Positions 1 to 8,291 of a DNA stretch of 37,378 bases are shown piece after piece (the first letter of the stretch is position 1; each line of letters starts with the position of its first letter). The stretch covers positions 251 through 37,628 of the forward strand of contig JAUNQM010000001.1 of the NCBI GenBank assembly GCA_030536165.1. The letters are read 5' to 3'. The notes beneath the pieces are model-generated. The model worked only from the letters and a program-made list of their open reading frames with translations, was not told the DNA's origin and searched no databases. This DNA is from Prevotellaceae bacterium (GTDB taxonomy: Bacteria > Bacteroidota > Bacteroidia > Bacteroidales > Bacteroidaceae). The position numbers and the translations under genes are program-made.

Positions 1-3000
1 TGTAGATGACCCCATTTTGGTCTGTAATCTTCACATGCAACTTGCGTGGCTGCTTAGGGTTGTAATACTTGAATCGCATGGCATAGACTTTTGCTACACC
101 CACAGAAAATGCCCATTCCACCGAGTTATTTTTCACAGCGCCTTCTACCTCTATTGTCTTCTTACTGCTTGGCGGAAGCAGCGAATCAGGTGTCTTGACC
201 ATGATATCCTGATTGAAGTCTGCCCACATTGTAGGCTTGCATTTGTTTGGTGCAATCTCAGGGAATCCGTTTTCTGACTCGATGGATATTGCTGCAATTA
301 TCGCTTGTCCTGACTTGATGCGAGGGAATGAAATCTTTATCGTATCGGCATTATTGAAGAACTCTACAGTGCGCTTATACACTTTTCCGTAGCCTACTTG
401 CGACCAAATGTCGAGGTCATGGATCACTGTGCTGTCGTTGATTGCAACATCAAACAATCGCCAACCTTCATAATCGGAATCGTCATGCGTTCCCTTATAC
501 CACGGTTCAACGAAATAGAGGTCGGCTGTGCACTTTCCCTTGTTGGCAGGGATGTGATAATAGAGCTCATGACGACCGAAGCGACTGGTATGATATAGCG
601 GTGAAATCGGCAATTCTGGGCAATATGTCTGTGAACATTGATATGAACTTATGCCTTCGAATCTGTCTCCCCAAGAGTGAGAGAATGTGGTGTTGTCTTG
701 CAACCAAACGTTGCCCAAACTGTCAACAAATTCATCGCCACCGCAGTTGATGTTGATACGGTTCTTGTGCATTGCGGTAGCATTTCTAGATTCGCTAGAA
801 AATATAGAATCTCTAGCAGCCCCTCTATCCTTATACCAATAGAAAGCGTCAGTAGGCTGATCCCATATGGTAAACAATCCCTTATAGTTAAATGGACCGA
901 CCTTATCTATCACTCGCAAAGCCTCGTCAGGCTGACGACGACCAGGGTTGTCGTGGCTATTGAGGAGCCATAGGAACTGTCCACAGACAGCGTCTTTCGC
1001 TTCTTCTGCGAGCGTAACTTTCTTGCTTAATATTCCAAGGTACTTTTCTTCTGTATATCCTTCACCAGTATGATTGCCGAGTGTGCGCCATGCGCCATAT
1101 TCGCCATTGAGTAGCTGGTCTGGTTGTTTTAGTTCATCGGCATACTTTTCAATGTCTCCACCATACGTACCACTCCAGTTTTGCACAACATTCCAATCAG
1201 TTCCTTCGCCACCGTTGCACGTTGCCACGAGTCTTTGTGTGCCACATGTCGGGTCCATTTCGCGTATGATTGCGGTGCATTCTTCGGCAAAGTCTTTCGG
1301 CAGAGTACTTTCATTCTGCAATCCCCACAACACAAGCGAAGGAGAGTTGCGTCTTTCCTTAACCCATTGACGCAGATGGCGCTTGAAACTCTCGCGGAAC
1401 TGCGGTGTGTCGTACCATATATGAGCCGAGAACTGTGCCCACCAGAGTATTCCCTTCTTGTCGAGTAGTTCTTTATAATATAGGTTGTGCGGTTGGTGTG
1501 CATCGCGGAAGGCATTGAAACCAGCACTTACTACCTGGCTGATTCGTGTCTCAATCTGTTCGTGCGTAAAAGCATGGCTTTGTCCAAACAAATGCTCATA
1601 CTCGCAGACTCCATCGATGAAAGTCTTTTCACCGTTCAGATAGAAGCAATTATCCTTTGCACCAGGACTCTTTGGCCATTGCGATGTACGGAATCCGAAA
1701 GGCGTGTCAAGGTTGTCTGTTGTCTTGTTGTTGCGCTTGAGCAGGGTGTTTACATTATATAAATAAGGCTCTTTCAGGCTCCATCGATTCACGTTTATTT
1801 CAGCAAGACTTGCCTGCTGGCGTATTATTTTAGTCTCACCTGGTTGCAGGGTTACGTTTTCTGTAAGCCTTACAACTTGCTTTCCACCTTTTTCGCAGAG
1901 CTTGTTTATGAGCGAAATGTTGTCGGCTGTTTCGCCGTAGTTTCGTATTTCGGTCTCGATAAAGACGCTGTCGCATGCCAGATTGCTCCATACATGAACG
2001 CCGAAAGGTTCGATTCTTACCTTATCGGTGACTTCAAGCGTAACAGGACGGAAGATGCCAAACGGCTGCGAGCCTTCGGAGAATCCCCATTCGCTGCTGC
2101 ATCCGCCACACACCCACGGCATGTCGGTGATGCCCTCAGGATGCGAAATGTTGAGTTGAAGAACATTATCACCACCTTTTACTACGGCTTTTGTAACGTC
2201 AATTGTCTGCGACGTGCGACCGATGTCGTATCGTCCAAGATTGGTGCCGTTGAGCGTGATGTCGGCGTATGTTCCCACACCTTCAAATCGGATAAAATAC
2301 TCCATTTCACCGATGTTTTTTGCAAAAAAATGCTTTGTCCATGTTGATGTTCCATGTAGGTTTCCGTGCTCCTTTTGCAAAGCTCCATAATAGTCGTCAA
2401 GGTTGTATGGAACATCAACATTTTTTCGTATGTTCGTTCCATTGAGTACGACTTCCCAATTCTCATTGAGCGACTGCGTGAATCGCTGACCTGATGGGTC
2501 TGGGGCAGGGAAACGCACTTCACTCTTTCCCATGTGTCGGCTTGTTGCAAGTGCTATGCCACGCTGCTCGGCATTATCAACGGCGCAATAGAAGTGATAG
2601 ACCGTGCCATTATGCTTCACCACACAACTCTTATGTGCAAACATCTCGTCGTAAGGTTTCGACGGCACAATAAGGTCTTCACCGTCCCAGTCTGTCCAAT
2701 GAATCAGGTCATAGCTTGCTGCAAACGTGTTGTATGCATTGTACTTCCTCGTTGGGTTGAAGGCAGAGAAGTAGAACATGACATACAAAGGGTTAGTGGT
2801 TGTAGGTTGTAGGTTATGGGTTGTAGGTTGCATGGACTGCATCTTCACAATCTGTGCATCGCCTGTAATCGTGCCGTCGCTGTCGTGGGCAAAGACTGGA
2901 TTTCCTTCGTAGCGTTTCCATGTCAGCATGTCTTTCGACAGGGCTATACCGATGCGTTCACCTTTAGGATGCGTTTCGTCCTTGCCGCCAGCGTTGTAGA

Positions 3001-3670
3001 ACATCACGAACGGATAACCAAGCAGACGCTTATCTGCCTTATAAATAGTGCTTTTATATTGCGTCAATTGTTCCCACCACTGTGCGTCCTTGTCGTCGTA
3101 ACTCATCAAAGGCTTGCCCATGCAATCCCACGGATGAACCTTCGCTATGTTACCTTTGGTCGATGCAAGGCCTATGCTCAACGGTGCGTTGACACTCTCG
3201 TACCCCGTGCCGCTACCACCGATGTAAGTCATCCAGTGGCGGCCTTTGTATTTCTGCATGGCATAGTTGCCGCCCCAAGTCCAATCAATCAATGCCGGAA
3301 AACCGCCACGCTGGTTAGCATCCCAAGTGTCAGTCGTTGGAAATTCAAGCACGCGTCCGAGTGTCTGCCAATGCAAGAGGTCGGGACTGGAGGCAATCCA
3401 CGTCTCATATCCACGTCCGTCTTTTCCGCCCTTGCCGTTGTAGCATACGTATGTCATGTACCACATATCCCCCTCGCGGAATACCGTCGGGCAATCGTAT
3501 TTCATGCTATTGGTCGTAGGAGCCACCACGAGGCCGTATTTATAAGGCGTCTTCACCTCGTTGTATATCTGTTCCATCACGGCATGGCTCACCTGTGCCG
3601 ATGCAGATGTGCAGAGCGTAATCGCCAACAGTGTGAATATGAGGTTGTGAATTCGTCGTGCCATAGTCAT
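1..3670 (-). CDS. Secreted multidomain glycoside hydrolase, GH137-like + GH2 + malectin (BT0996-like beta-L-arabinofuranosidase/beta-D-glucuronidase); 3' end lies beyond the window edge
   Basis: Manually translated from ATG at 3670 (alternative ATG 3664); no stop found in the segments translated, and the same frame is still coding at the left edge. It begins with a signal peptide (MTMARRIHNLIFTLLAITLCTSASAQ), followed by EVKTPYKYGLVVAP..DCPTVFRE..GRGYETW. GH2 motifs include FRDAHQPH, WGLQNES and LNGEYGAW. A malectin-like segment reads NCGGDEFVD..LYFVEPWY..RLFDVAIN. Family assignment is from recalled similarity, not a search. Confidence 0.85.
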   Translation of the reverse strand, partial: MTMARRIHNLIFTLLAITLCTSASAQVSHAVMEQIYNEVKTPYKYGLVVAPTTNSMKYDCPTVFREGDMWYMTYVCYNGKGGKDGRGYETWIASSPDLLHWQTLGRVLEFPTTDTWDANQRGGFPALIDWTWGGNYAMQKYKGRHWMTYIGGSGTGYESVNAPLSIGLASTKGNIAKVHPWDCMGKPLMSYDDKDAQWWEQLTQYKSTIYKADKRLLGYPFVMFYNAGGKDETHPKGERIGIALSKDMLTWKRYEGNPVFAHDSDGTITGDAQIVKMQSMQPTTHNLQPTTTNPLYVMFYFSAFNPTRKYNAYNTFAASYDLIHWTDWDGEDLIVPSKPYDEMFAHKSCVVKHNGTVYHFYCAVDNAEQRGIALATSRHMGKSEVRFPAPDPSGQRFTQSLNENWEVVLNGTNIRKNVDVPYNLDDYYGALQKEHGNLHGTSTWTKHFFAKNIGEMEYFIRFEGVGTYADITLNGTNLGRYDIGRTSQTIDVTKAVVKGGDNVLQLNISHPEGITDMPWVCGGCSSEWGFSEGSQPFGIFRPVTLEVTDKVRIEPFGVHVWSNLACDSVFIETEIRNYGETADNISLINKLCEKGGKQVVRLTENVTLQPGETKIIRQQASLAEINVNRWSLKEPYLYNVNTLLKRNNKTTDNLDTPFGFRTSQWPKSPGAKDNCFYLNGEKTFIDGVCEYEHLFGQSHAFTHEQIETRISQVVSAGFNAFRDAHQPHNLYYKELLDKKGILWWAQFSAHIWYDTPQFRESFKRHLRQWVKERRNSPSLVLWGLQNESTLPKDFAEECTAIIREMDPTCGTQRLVATCNGGEGTDWNVVQNWSGTYGGDIEKYADELKQPDQLLNGEYGAWRTLGNHTGEGYTEEKYLGILSKKVTLAEEAKDAVCGQFLWLLNSHDNPGRRQPDEALRVIDKVGPFNYKGLFTIWDQPTDAFYWYKDRGAARDSIFSSESRNATAMHKNRININCGGDEFVDSLGNVWLQDNTTFSHSWGDRFEGISSYQCSQTYCPELPISPLYHTSRFGRHELYYHIPANKGKCTADLYFVEPWYKGTHDDSDYEGWRLFDVAINDSTVIHDLDIWSQVGYGKVYKRTVEFFNNADTIKISFPRIKSGQAIIAAISIESENGFPEIAPNKCKPTMWADFNQDIMVKTPDSLLPPSSKKTIEVEGAVKNNSVEWAFSVGVAKVYAMRFKYYNPKQPRKLHVKITDQNGVIY
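2791..2830. repeat. Degenerate heptamer repeat (TAGGTTG)n inside the glycosidase CDS
   Basis: ggttagtggttgtaggttgtaggttatgggttgtaggttg encodes QPTTHNLQPTTTN. The same heptamer occurs intergenically at about 16007-16031. Confidence 0.7.
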
Positions 3671-3685
3671 AGTGTTTAGTTTCTG

Positions 3686-3717
3686 CAAAAGTAAAAATAA
3701 AATCCCACATCTGCAAA
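3686..3717 (-). promoter_or_regulatory. Bacteroidetes sigma-A promoter for the glycosidase
   Basis: Minus strand TTTG (3714-3717), 20-nt spacer, then TACTTTTG (3686-3693), matching the -33 TTTG / -7 TAnnTTTG consensus. Confidence 0.7.
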
Positions 3718-3759
3718 TTTTTTTAATAGACAGAGTACAACCGGTAATAGAAAAGGCCA

Positions 3760-3967
3760 CTGAAAAAGTCCCAAAGGGACGACAAAACATAGGATTGGGC
3801 GTAAGCCCTATCTCATAAAATGCCCCAGTCCTAAAGTGCCGTAGGCACGGCAGAACTCAATCACAAGCAGTTCTGTCGCCCAAACTGGGCTTTATTGATA
3901 GCATGCCTAATAACGCAAGGGTTGGCGCCCTCGTCTATGGTGTTTCGTGGCTACGGCACTTTTTCAG
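3760..3967. repeat. REP/REPIN-like composite inverted-repeat element
   Basis: Terminal inverted repeat CTGAAAAAGT...ACTTTTTCAG. It encloses short hairpins GTCCCAAAGGGAC, GGGCGTAAGCCC, GTGCCGTAGGCAC, GCCCAAACTGGGC, AGGGTTGGCGCCCT and GTGGCTACGGCAC, arranged symmetrically around GGCAGAACT..AGTTCTGTC. Confidence 0.7.
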
Positions 3968-4188
3968 CATTCTTATAGAAATAATATCTTCCCGATGCTC
4001 TCGATAGAAAGACGTTGTTAGTTTAATTTTAGCGGGTCCATTTGCTCTTTTGCTCGATAAAATCCTCGGAAAAATAGGACTTTTGGCTCGGAAATGCTCA
4101 TATTTGCATACGGATAGCGAGTGCTGGCACTTGTATGTGGCTGCATGTAAATATGTTGATGTGGATATCTGATGTTGTCGTTAATTTT

Positions 4189-4288
4189 AGCCCTTCACAC
4201 CTTAGGTGTTACTGGCGAAACACCTAAGGTGTGAGGGGTGGTGACACCTAAGGTGTGACTCATGAAACACCTGAGGTGTGGAGGGCTG
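4189..4288 (+). repeat. Palindrome-array cassette copy 1 (4 x ACACCTNAGGTGT)
   Basis: Units at 4197, 4220, 4244 and 4267 with 10/11/10-nt spacers, flanked by AGCCCTTC...GGAGGGCT. Confidence 0.9.
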
Positions 4289-4360
4289 AAATATGCCTTA
4301 AATGCTGCAGTGATTTATTTTCGATAGCTGCTATAGTTTTTTATAGTTGCTATCGAAAGT

Positions 4361-4433
4361 TTTTTGATAAAAGCAGGACTTTTTTTCCATTTCGGCTCAT
4401 CGTACGCGTGCGCGCGTATATAAATAAGGTATA
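4361..4433 (+). repeat. Dispersed GCAGGACTTTTTT..GGCTCAT..GCGCGCGTA..AATAAGGT element
   Basis: Colinear match to 37061-37130; a partial copy lies at about 4074-4107. Confidence 0.7.
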
Positions 4434-4462
4434 GGTGGTGCGTGGGGATGGGAGACAGGCGC

Positions 4463-5944
4463 TTACAATTCGGCTGCAAGTTTGCGTCCGGCATCGAGGC
4501 GGAGGAAGATGAAGAGGAGTATGGTGAAGCCCCATAGCGAAGAACCGCCATAGCTAAAGAACGGCAACGGGATGCCGATTACTGGCGTGAGACCAAGCAC
4601 CATGCCTACGTTGATGAATACGTGGAAGATGAAGATGCTCGCGACGCAGTAGCCATAGACCCGCGCAAACCGCGTGGCTTGCTGCTCGGATAGGTATATG
4701 AGGCGTATGATGAGTACGAGGAACATGGCGAGGACTGCAAAGCATCCGATGAATCCTTCTTCTTCGCCGATGGTGCAGAAGATGAAGTCTGTGTCCTGCT
4801 CAGGCACGTATTTCAGTTTCGTTTGCGTTCCGTTGAGGAATCCTTTGCCCGTAAATCCGCCTGAACCGATGGCTATCTCGCTCTGGTGTACGTTGTAGCC
4901 AATGCCTGTAACGTCTTTCTCAAGACCGAGCAGTACGTTGATTCGGGCACGCTGGTAGGGTTTCATCACGTCGTTCATCACGTAGTCGGCGGTTCCGAAA
5001 AAGCCTATCGACCCTATCGCGAAGATGGCAATATAGACGTAGTGCATGAAGCTGTTCTTGAATCCTTTGAACAAGAACCATGCTATGAGTGCAGCACACA
5101 TGATGCTCATGACGATGTTGACGTTGAATGGTATGACAAACTTCGAGAATAACACGAAAAGAAGCGTGCTGCCAATGACGGCAATTCCGAGCGTGTATAG
5201 CTCTCGCTTGTCTTTTTCATAGACGTAAGCCATGACGACGGAGAAGACGAGTACGCCGAGAAGCACGAGGAAGGTGCCGAGCGATGTCGGTGTGTCGAGC
5301 ATGTTTACATCGGCATATTTCAGTCCGACGGTGAAGTAATAGACCATTGCAACGCCAACGAAAAGCACGCTGCCCGACATGCCTTCGCGGTAGAACATGA
5401 GGAAGAATGCAAGATATACGAGTGCCGAGCCTGTTTCCTTTTGCAGTATGATGAAGAGCATAGGCATCAGCACAATGCCGACTGCGAGTGCCCAGTGGCG
5501 CAGACGGTTGTGATTGAACTCGTAGGAGTTCATCAGCTTAGCCACCGCAAGTGCTGTGGCGAACTTGGCAAACTCGGCAGGCTGGATTCTGATAGGTCCG
5601 AATACGAGCCACGAACGCGAACCGTGAATCTGCTTCGGGTTGAAGATTGTTAGGAATAAGACTATGAGGAACGCCCCATATATTATATATGAGAAGGCGT
5701 CGAACATGTTGTAGTCGAGCAACATTATCACCAGCGCGATGGCGAGTGCGCTGCAAATCCAGATGATTTGCATGCCAGAGCGCGACGATAGGCTGAAGAG
5801 TTCAGTGTCGCCGTAGGTATAGCTTGCGCCGCAGATGCTGAACCATCCGAACACAAGCATCAGTAGGTAGATGCCTGCTGCCCACCAATCCATAGTGCGG
5901 AATACGCTCGGACGACTGCTGTTTATTTTGTTGTTGTTTAGCAT
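4463..5944 (-). CDS. rodA: Rod shape-determining protein RodA (SEDS peptidoglycan glycosyltransferase)
   Basis: 493-aa polytopic protein with SEDS motifs GSRSWL, IQPAEFAK, IAIGSGGFTGKG, PEQDTDFIF and GIPLPFFSYGGSS; directly downstream of mrdA. Confidence 0.96.
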   Translation of the reverse strand: MLNNNKINSSRPSVFRTMDWWAAGIYLLMLVFGWFSICGASYTYGDTELFSLSSRSGMQIIWICSALAIALVIMLLDYNMFDAFSYIIYGAFLIVLFLTIFNPKQIHGSRSWLVFGPIRIQPAEFAKFATALAVAKLMNSYEFNHNRLRHWALAVGIVLMPMLFIILQKETGSALVYLAFFLMFYREGMSGSVLFVGVAMVYYFTVGLKYADVNMLDTPTSLGTFLVLLGVLVFSVVMAYVYEKDKRELYTLGIAVIGSTLLFVLFSKFVIPFNVNIVMSIMCAALIAWFLFKGFKNSFMHYVYIAIFAIGSIGFFGTADYVMNDVMKPYQRARINVLLGLEKDVTGIGYNVHQSEIAIGSGGFTGKGFLNGTQTKLKYVPEQDTDFIFCTIGEEEGFIGCFAVLAMFLVLIIRLIYLSEQQATRFARVYGYCVASIFIFHVFINVGMVLGLTPVIGIPLPFFSYGGSSLWGFTILLFIFLRLDAGRKLAAEL

Positions 5945-5995
5945 TGTTGTTAAGTTCTTCGAGATTTCGATGGTTCGAGTTTTCGAAATTGTTGC

Positions 5996-7780
5996 TCAAT
6001 CTTTTTTGCTATTAAAGAATCCTCGGAACATCTGTCCTGCAATAGGCACGGCACTTGCAGCGCCGAATCCTCCGTTTTCAACATATACGGCTATTGCAAT
6101 CTTTGGGTTGCGCATAGGAGCGAATCCCATAAACACAGAGTGGTCGGAACCACGGTTCTGCACCGTACCTGTCTTTCCGCAGATGCTCAGACCTGGTATG
6201 TTTGCTGCCGAACACGTACCGCCAACAACGGCAGAACGCATGCCCTGCACAATATAGTCGTAATATCTTGACTTTGCCATCGTGTAGTGGCGCTCGGTGT
6301 AGATAGTGTCGAGAGGCAATCCCTGCACTTCCTTAACCACATGAGGTATGTAGTAGAAACCGCGGTTAGCAATAGTCGCGGCTTGATTGGCAATCTGAAG
6401 TGGAGTGAGAAGCACTTCGCCCTGACCGATGCTGATACTGATGATGGTAAGTCCGTTCCAACGACCAGAATATGCTTTGTTGTAGAACTCAGCGTTAGGT
6501 ATGAGACCACGCTTCTCTCCAGGCAGATCGACTCCGAGTTTGTAGCCGAAGCCCATGCTGACCATATAGTCACGCCATTTATTCATCGCCTCATCGATGG
6601 TGCGATATTTGCGGCGGTTCGACATCATGTAATAAAGTCCCCAGCAGAAGAAACCGTTGCAGCTTGTAGCCAAGGCAGGACCAATGGTGAGTGGAGAGTT
6701 GTGGTAGTGGCAACCTACTTTAAGCCCTTTGTGGACGAATCCGCCATGACACGGATAGGCTGTACCTGCATTGCTGATACCCTCTTGTAGGAATACAAGT
6801 CCTTGCGCTGGCTTGAATGTAGAGCCAGGAGGATACAAGCCCGTGATAGCACGATTGAGAAGTGGTCGGCTTTCGTTTTCCTGCAACTTCATGTGGTTTT
6901 TACCTCTGTTTCTGCCTACAAGCAGACGTGGGTCGTAAGACGGAGCAGAGACCATGCATAGAATCTCGCCTGTGGAAGGTTCGATAGCCACGATACTTCC
7001 CTTGCGACCTCGCATGAGTTTCTCGCCGAGCTTCTGCAACTCAATGTCTAATCCCAATGTGAGATTACGACCAGGGCGCGGCTGCTTGTCCATCGCACCG
7101 TTTTTGTAACTGCCCTGTATGCGTCCGCGAGCATCACGAAGCATGACGTGTACGCCTTTCTCTCCGCGCAGGTACTCCTCGTAATAGCGCTCAACGCCAA
7201 TCTTTCCGATGTAGTCGCCTGGCTGGTAGTAGTCGTCTTCCTCTATGTCGCTTGGGGAAACTTGTGCCACTTCGCCCAGCACATGGGCCGCGTAAGGGTA
7301 ATGGTATTGGCGGATTGCGCGTTTCTGAACGTAGAAGCCAGGGAAGCGGAACATCTTTTCGTGTAGCACATTGAATTCACGCATTGTGAGCTGCGGGAGG
7401 AACAACTGCTGCGAGAAACGTGAGTAGCTTGGATTCTTGTCAGGATTCTTTATGTTATCCATGCGCTCAATGAACTCATCCTTTGAGATTCCGATGCAAC
7501 GGCAGAAATCAGTTGTGTCCATGCTTGGACGCATTTCATTCGTTACCACCATTAAGTCGTAGGTAAGCTGGTTATAGACCATCAGCTTGTTGTTGCGGTC
7601 TTTAATCACTCCTCGTGATGGGAATTCGTTTTTGCGCAGGAAAGCATTGCTGTCGGCATTCTTCTTGTAGTCGCTGCTGGCAATCTGCAGCCCAAAGAGT
7701 CTTATAAGATAAATCAAGACAATTGCCACAGCAACACCTATGATAACATATTTCCTATTTCCAAACTCAAAATCAGTCAT
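5996..7780 (-). CDS. mrdA: Penicillin-binding protein 2 (class B transpeptidase)
   Basis: N-terminal membrane anchor, RGxIxDRN dimerisation motif, and catalytic SxxK (PGSTFK), SxN (SCN) and KTG (KTGT); mre operon context. Confidence 0.95.
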   Translation of the reverse strand: MTDFEFGNRKYVIIGVAVAIVLIYLIRLFGLQIASSDYKKNADSNAFLRKNEFPSRGVIKDRNNKLMVYNQLTYDLMVVTNEMRPSMDTTDFCRCIGISKDEFIERMDNIKNPDKNPSYSRFSQQLFLPQLTMREFNVLHEKMFRFPGFYVQKRAIRQYHYPYAAHVLGEVAQVSPSDIEEDDYYQPGDYIGKIGVERYYEEYLRGEKGVHVMLRDARGRIQGSYKNGAMDKQPRPGRNLTLGLDIELQKLGEKLMRGRKGSIVAIEPSTGEILCMVSAPSYDPRLLVGRNRGKNHMKLQENESRPLLNRAITGLYPPGSTFKPAQGLVFLQEGISNAGTAYPCHGGFVHKGLKVGCHYHNSPLTIGPALATSCNGFFCWGLYYMMSNRRKYRTIDEAMNKWRDYMVSMGFGYKLGVDLPGEKRGLIPNAEFYNKAYSGRWNGLTIISISIGQGEVLLTPLQIANQAATIANRGFYYIPHVVKEVQGLPLDTIYTERHYTMAKSRYYDYIVQGMRSAVVGGTCSAANIPGLSICGKTGTVQNRGSDHSVFMGFAPMRNPKIAIAVYVENGGFGAASAVPIAGQMFRGFFNSKKD

Positions 7781-7793
7781 GGCGTATATGTTA

Positions 7794-8291
7794 TCAATTC
7801 TTGTTGAAGTTTTCCAGTACGAGTATCAATACAATGGTGATGATGGCACTGCAAACAACGCGCAGCAACCAATCCCAGAAGCTGAAAAGATTGAATGTCT
7901 CGAATGTATAGAATAATATGCAGAACAGCGTAGTCATTGTTCCTGCATATTTAATGAATGTTTCCATGCCGAGCGACTTTACCGATGGACTCAGCGTAGA
8001 GTAGTCTTCTTTTGGTATGAAAAGTTGCAGCAGATATGGTTGGAGAAAGCTCATCGCCGTAAGCGAAGCTGCACATACACCAGGAATATTGGTGAAGATG
8101 TCGATGATGAGTCCCATGAAGAATCCCCACAGCAGTAGCATCCACTTTGTGGTTCCGATTGGGAACTTCATAATGAAATAAATGAATAGCAGGGGAGTGG
8201 CATAATGGAACACGTGGATATGGTTCAGCACAAGTACCTGTGCCAAACACAACACTACGAACCATATTAGTCTCCTAACGAATATTTCCAT
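7794..8291 (-). CDS. mreD: Rod shape-determining protein MreD
   Basis: 165-aa hydrophobic protein with GFFMGLIIDIF motif, between mreC and mrdA. Confidence 0.9.
   Translation of the reverse strand: MEIFVRRLIWFVVLCLAQVLVLNHIHVFHYATPLLFIYFIMKFPIGTTKWMLLLWGFFMGLIIDIFTNIPGVCAASLTAMSFLQPYLLQLFIPKEDYSTLSPSVKSLGMETFIKYAGTMTTLFCILFYTFETFNLFSFWDWLLRVVCSAIITIVLILVLENFNKN

Noticed and set aside
17-3679. Plus-strand ORFs such as 2816..3679 (287 aa) and 1844..2347
   Set aside because: They are antisense shadows of the long minus-strand glycosidase frame and show no recognisable motifs.
4189-4288. ACACCTNAGGTGT arrays as CRISPR arrays
   Set aside because: Repeats (13 bp) and spacers (10-11 nt) are far too short, the arrays sit inside terminal inverted repeats and are dispersed in several copies, and no cas genes are present.
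4319-4358. TTTCGATAGC..GCTATCGAAA inverted repeat as the rodA terminator
   Set aside because: There is no U-tract in the minus-strand direction and the stem is AT-rich; it looks like one of the 9-nt periodic repeats.
4315-4551. Short minus-strand ORFs downstream of rodA
   Set aside because: They overlap the rodA 3' end and translate intergenic repeats, with no coding signal.
5996-7780. PBP2 as a dedicated self-resistance gene for the NRPS product
   Set aside because: It has intact catalytic motifs and sits in the standard housekeeping mre operon with its own promoter; there is no sign of duplication.
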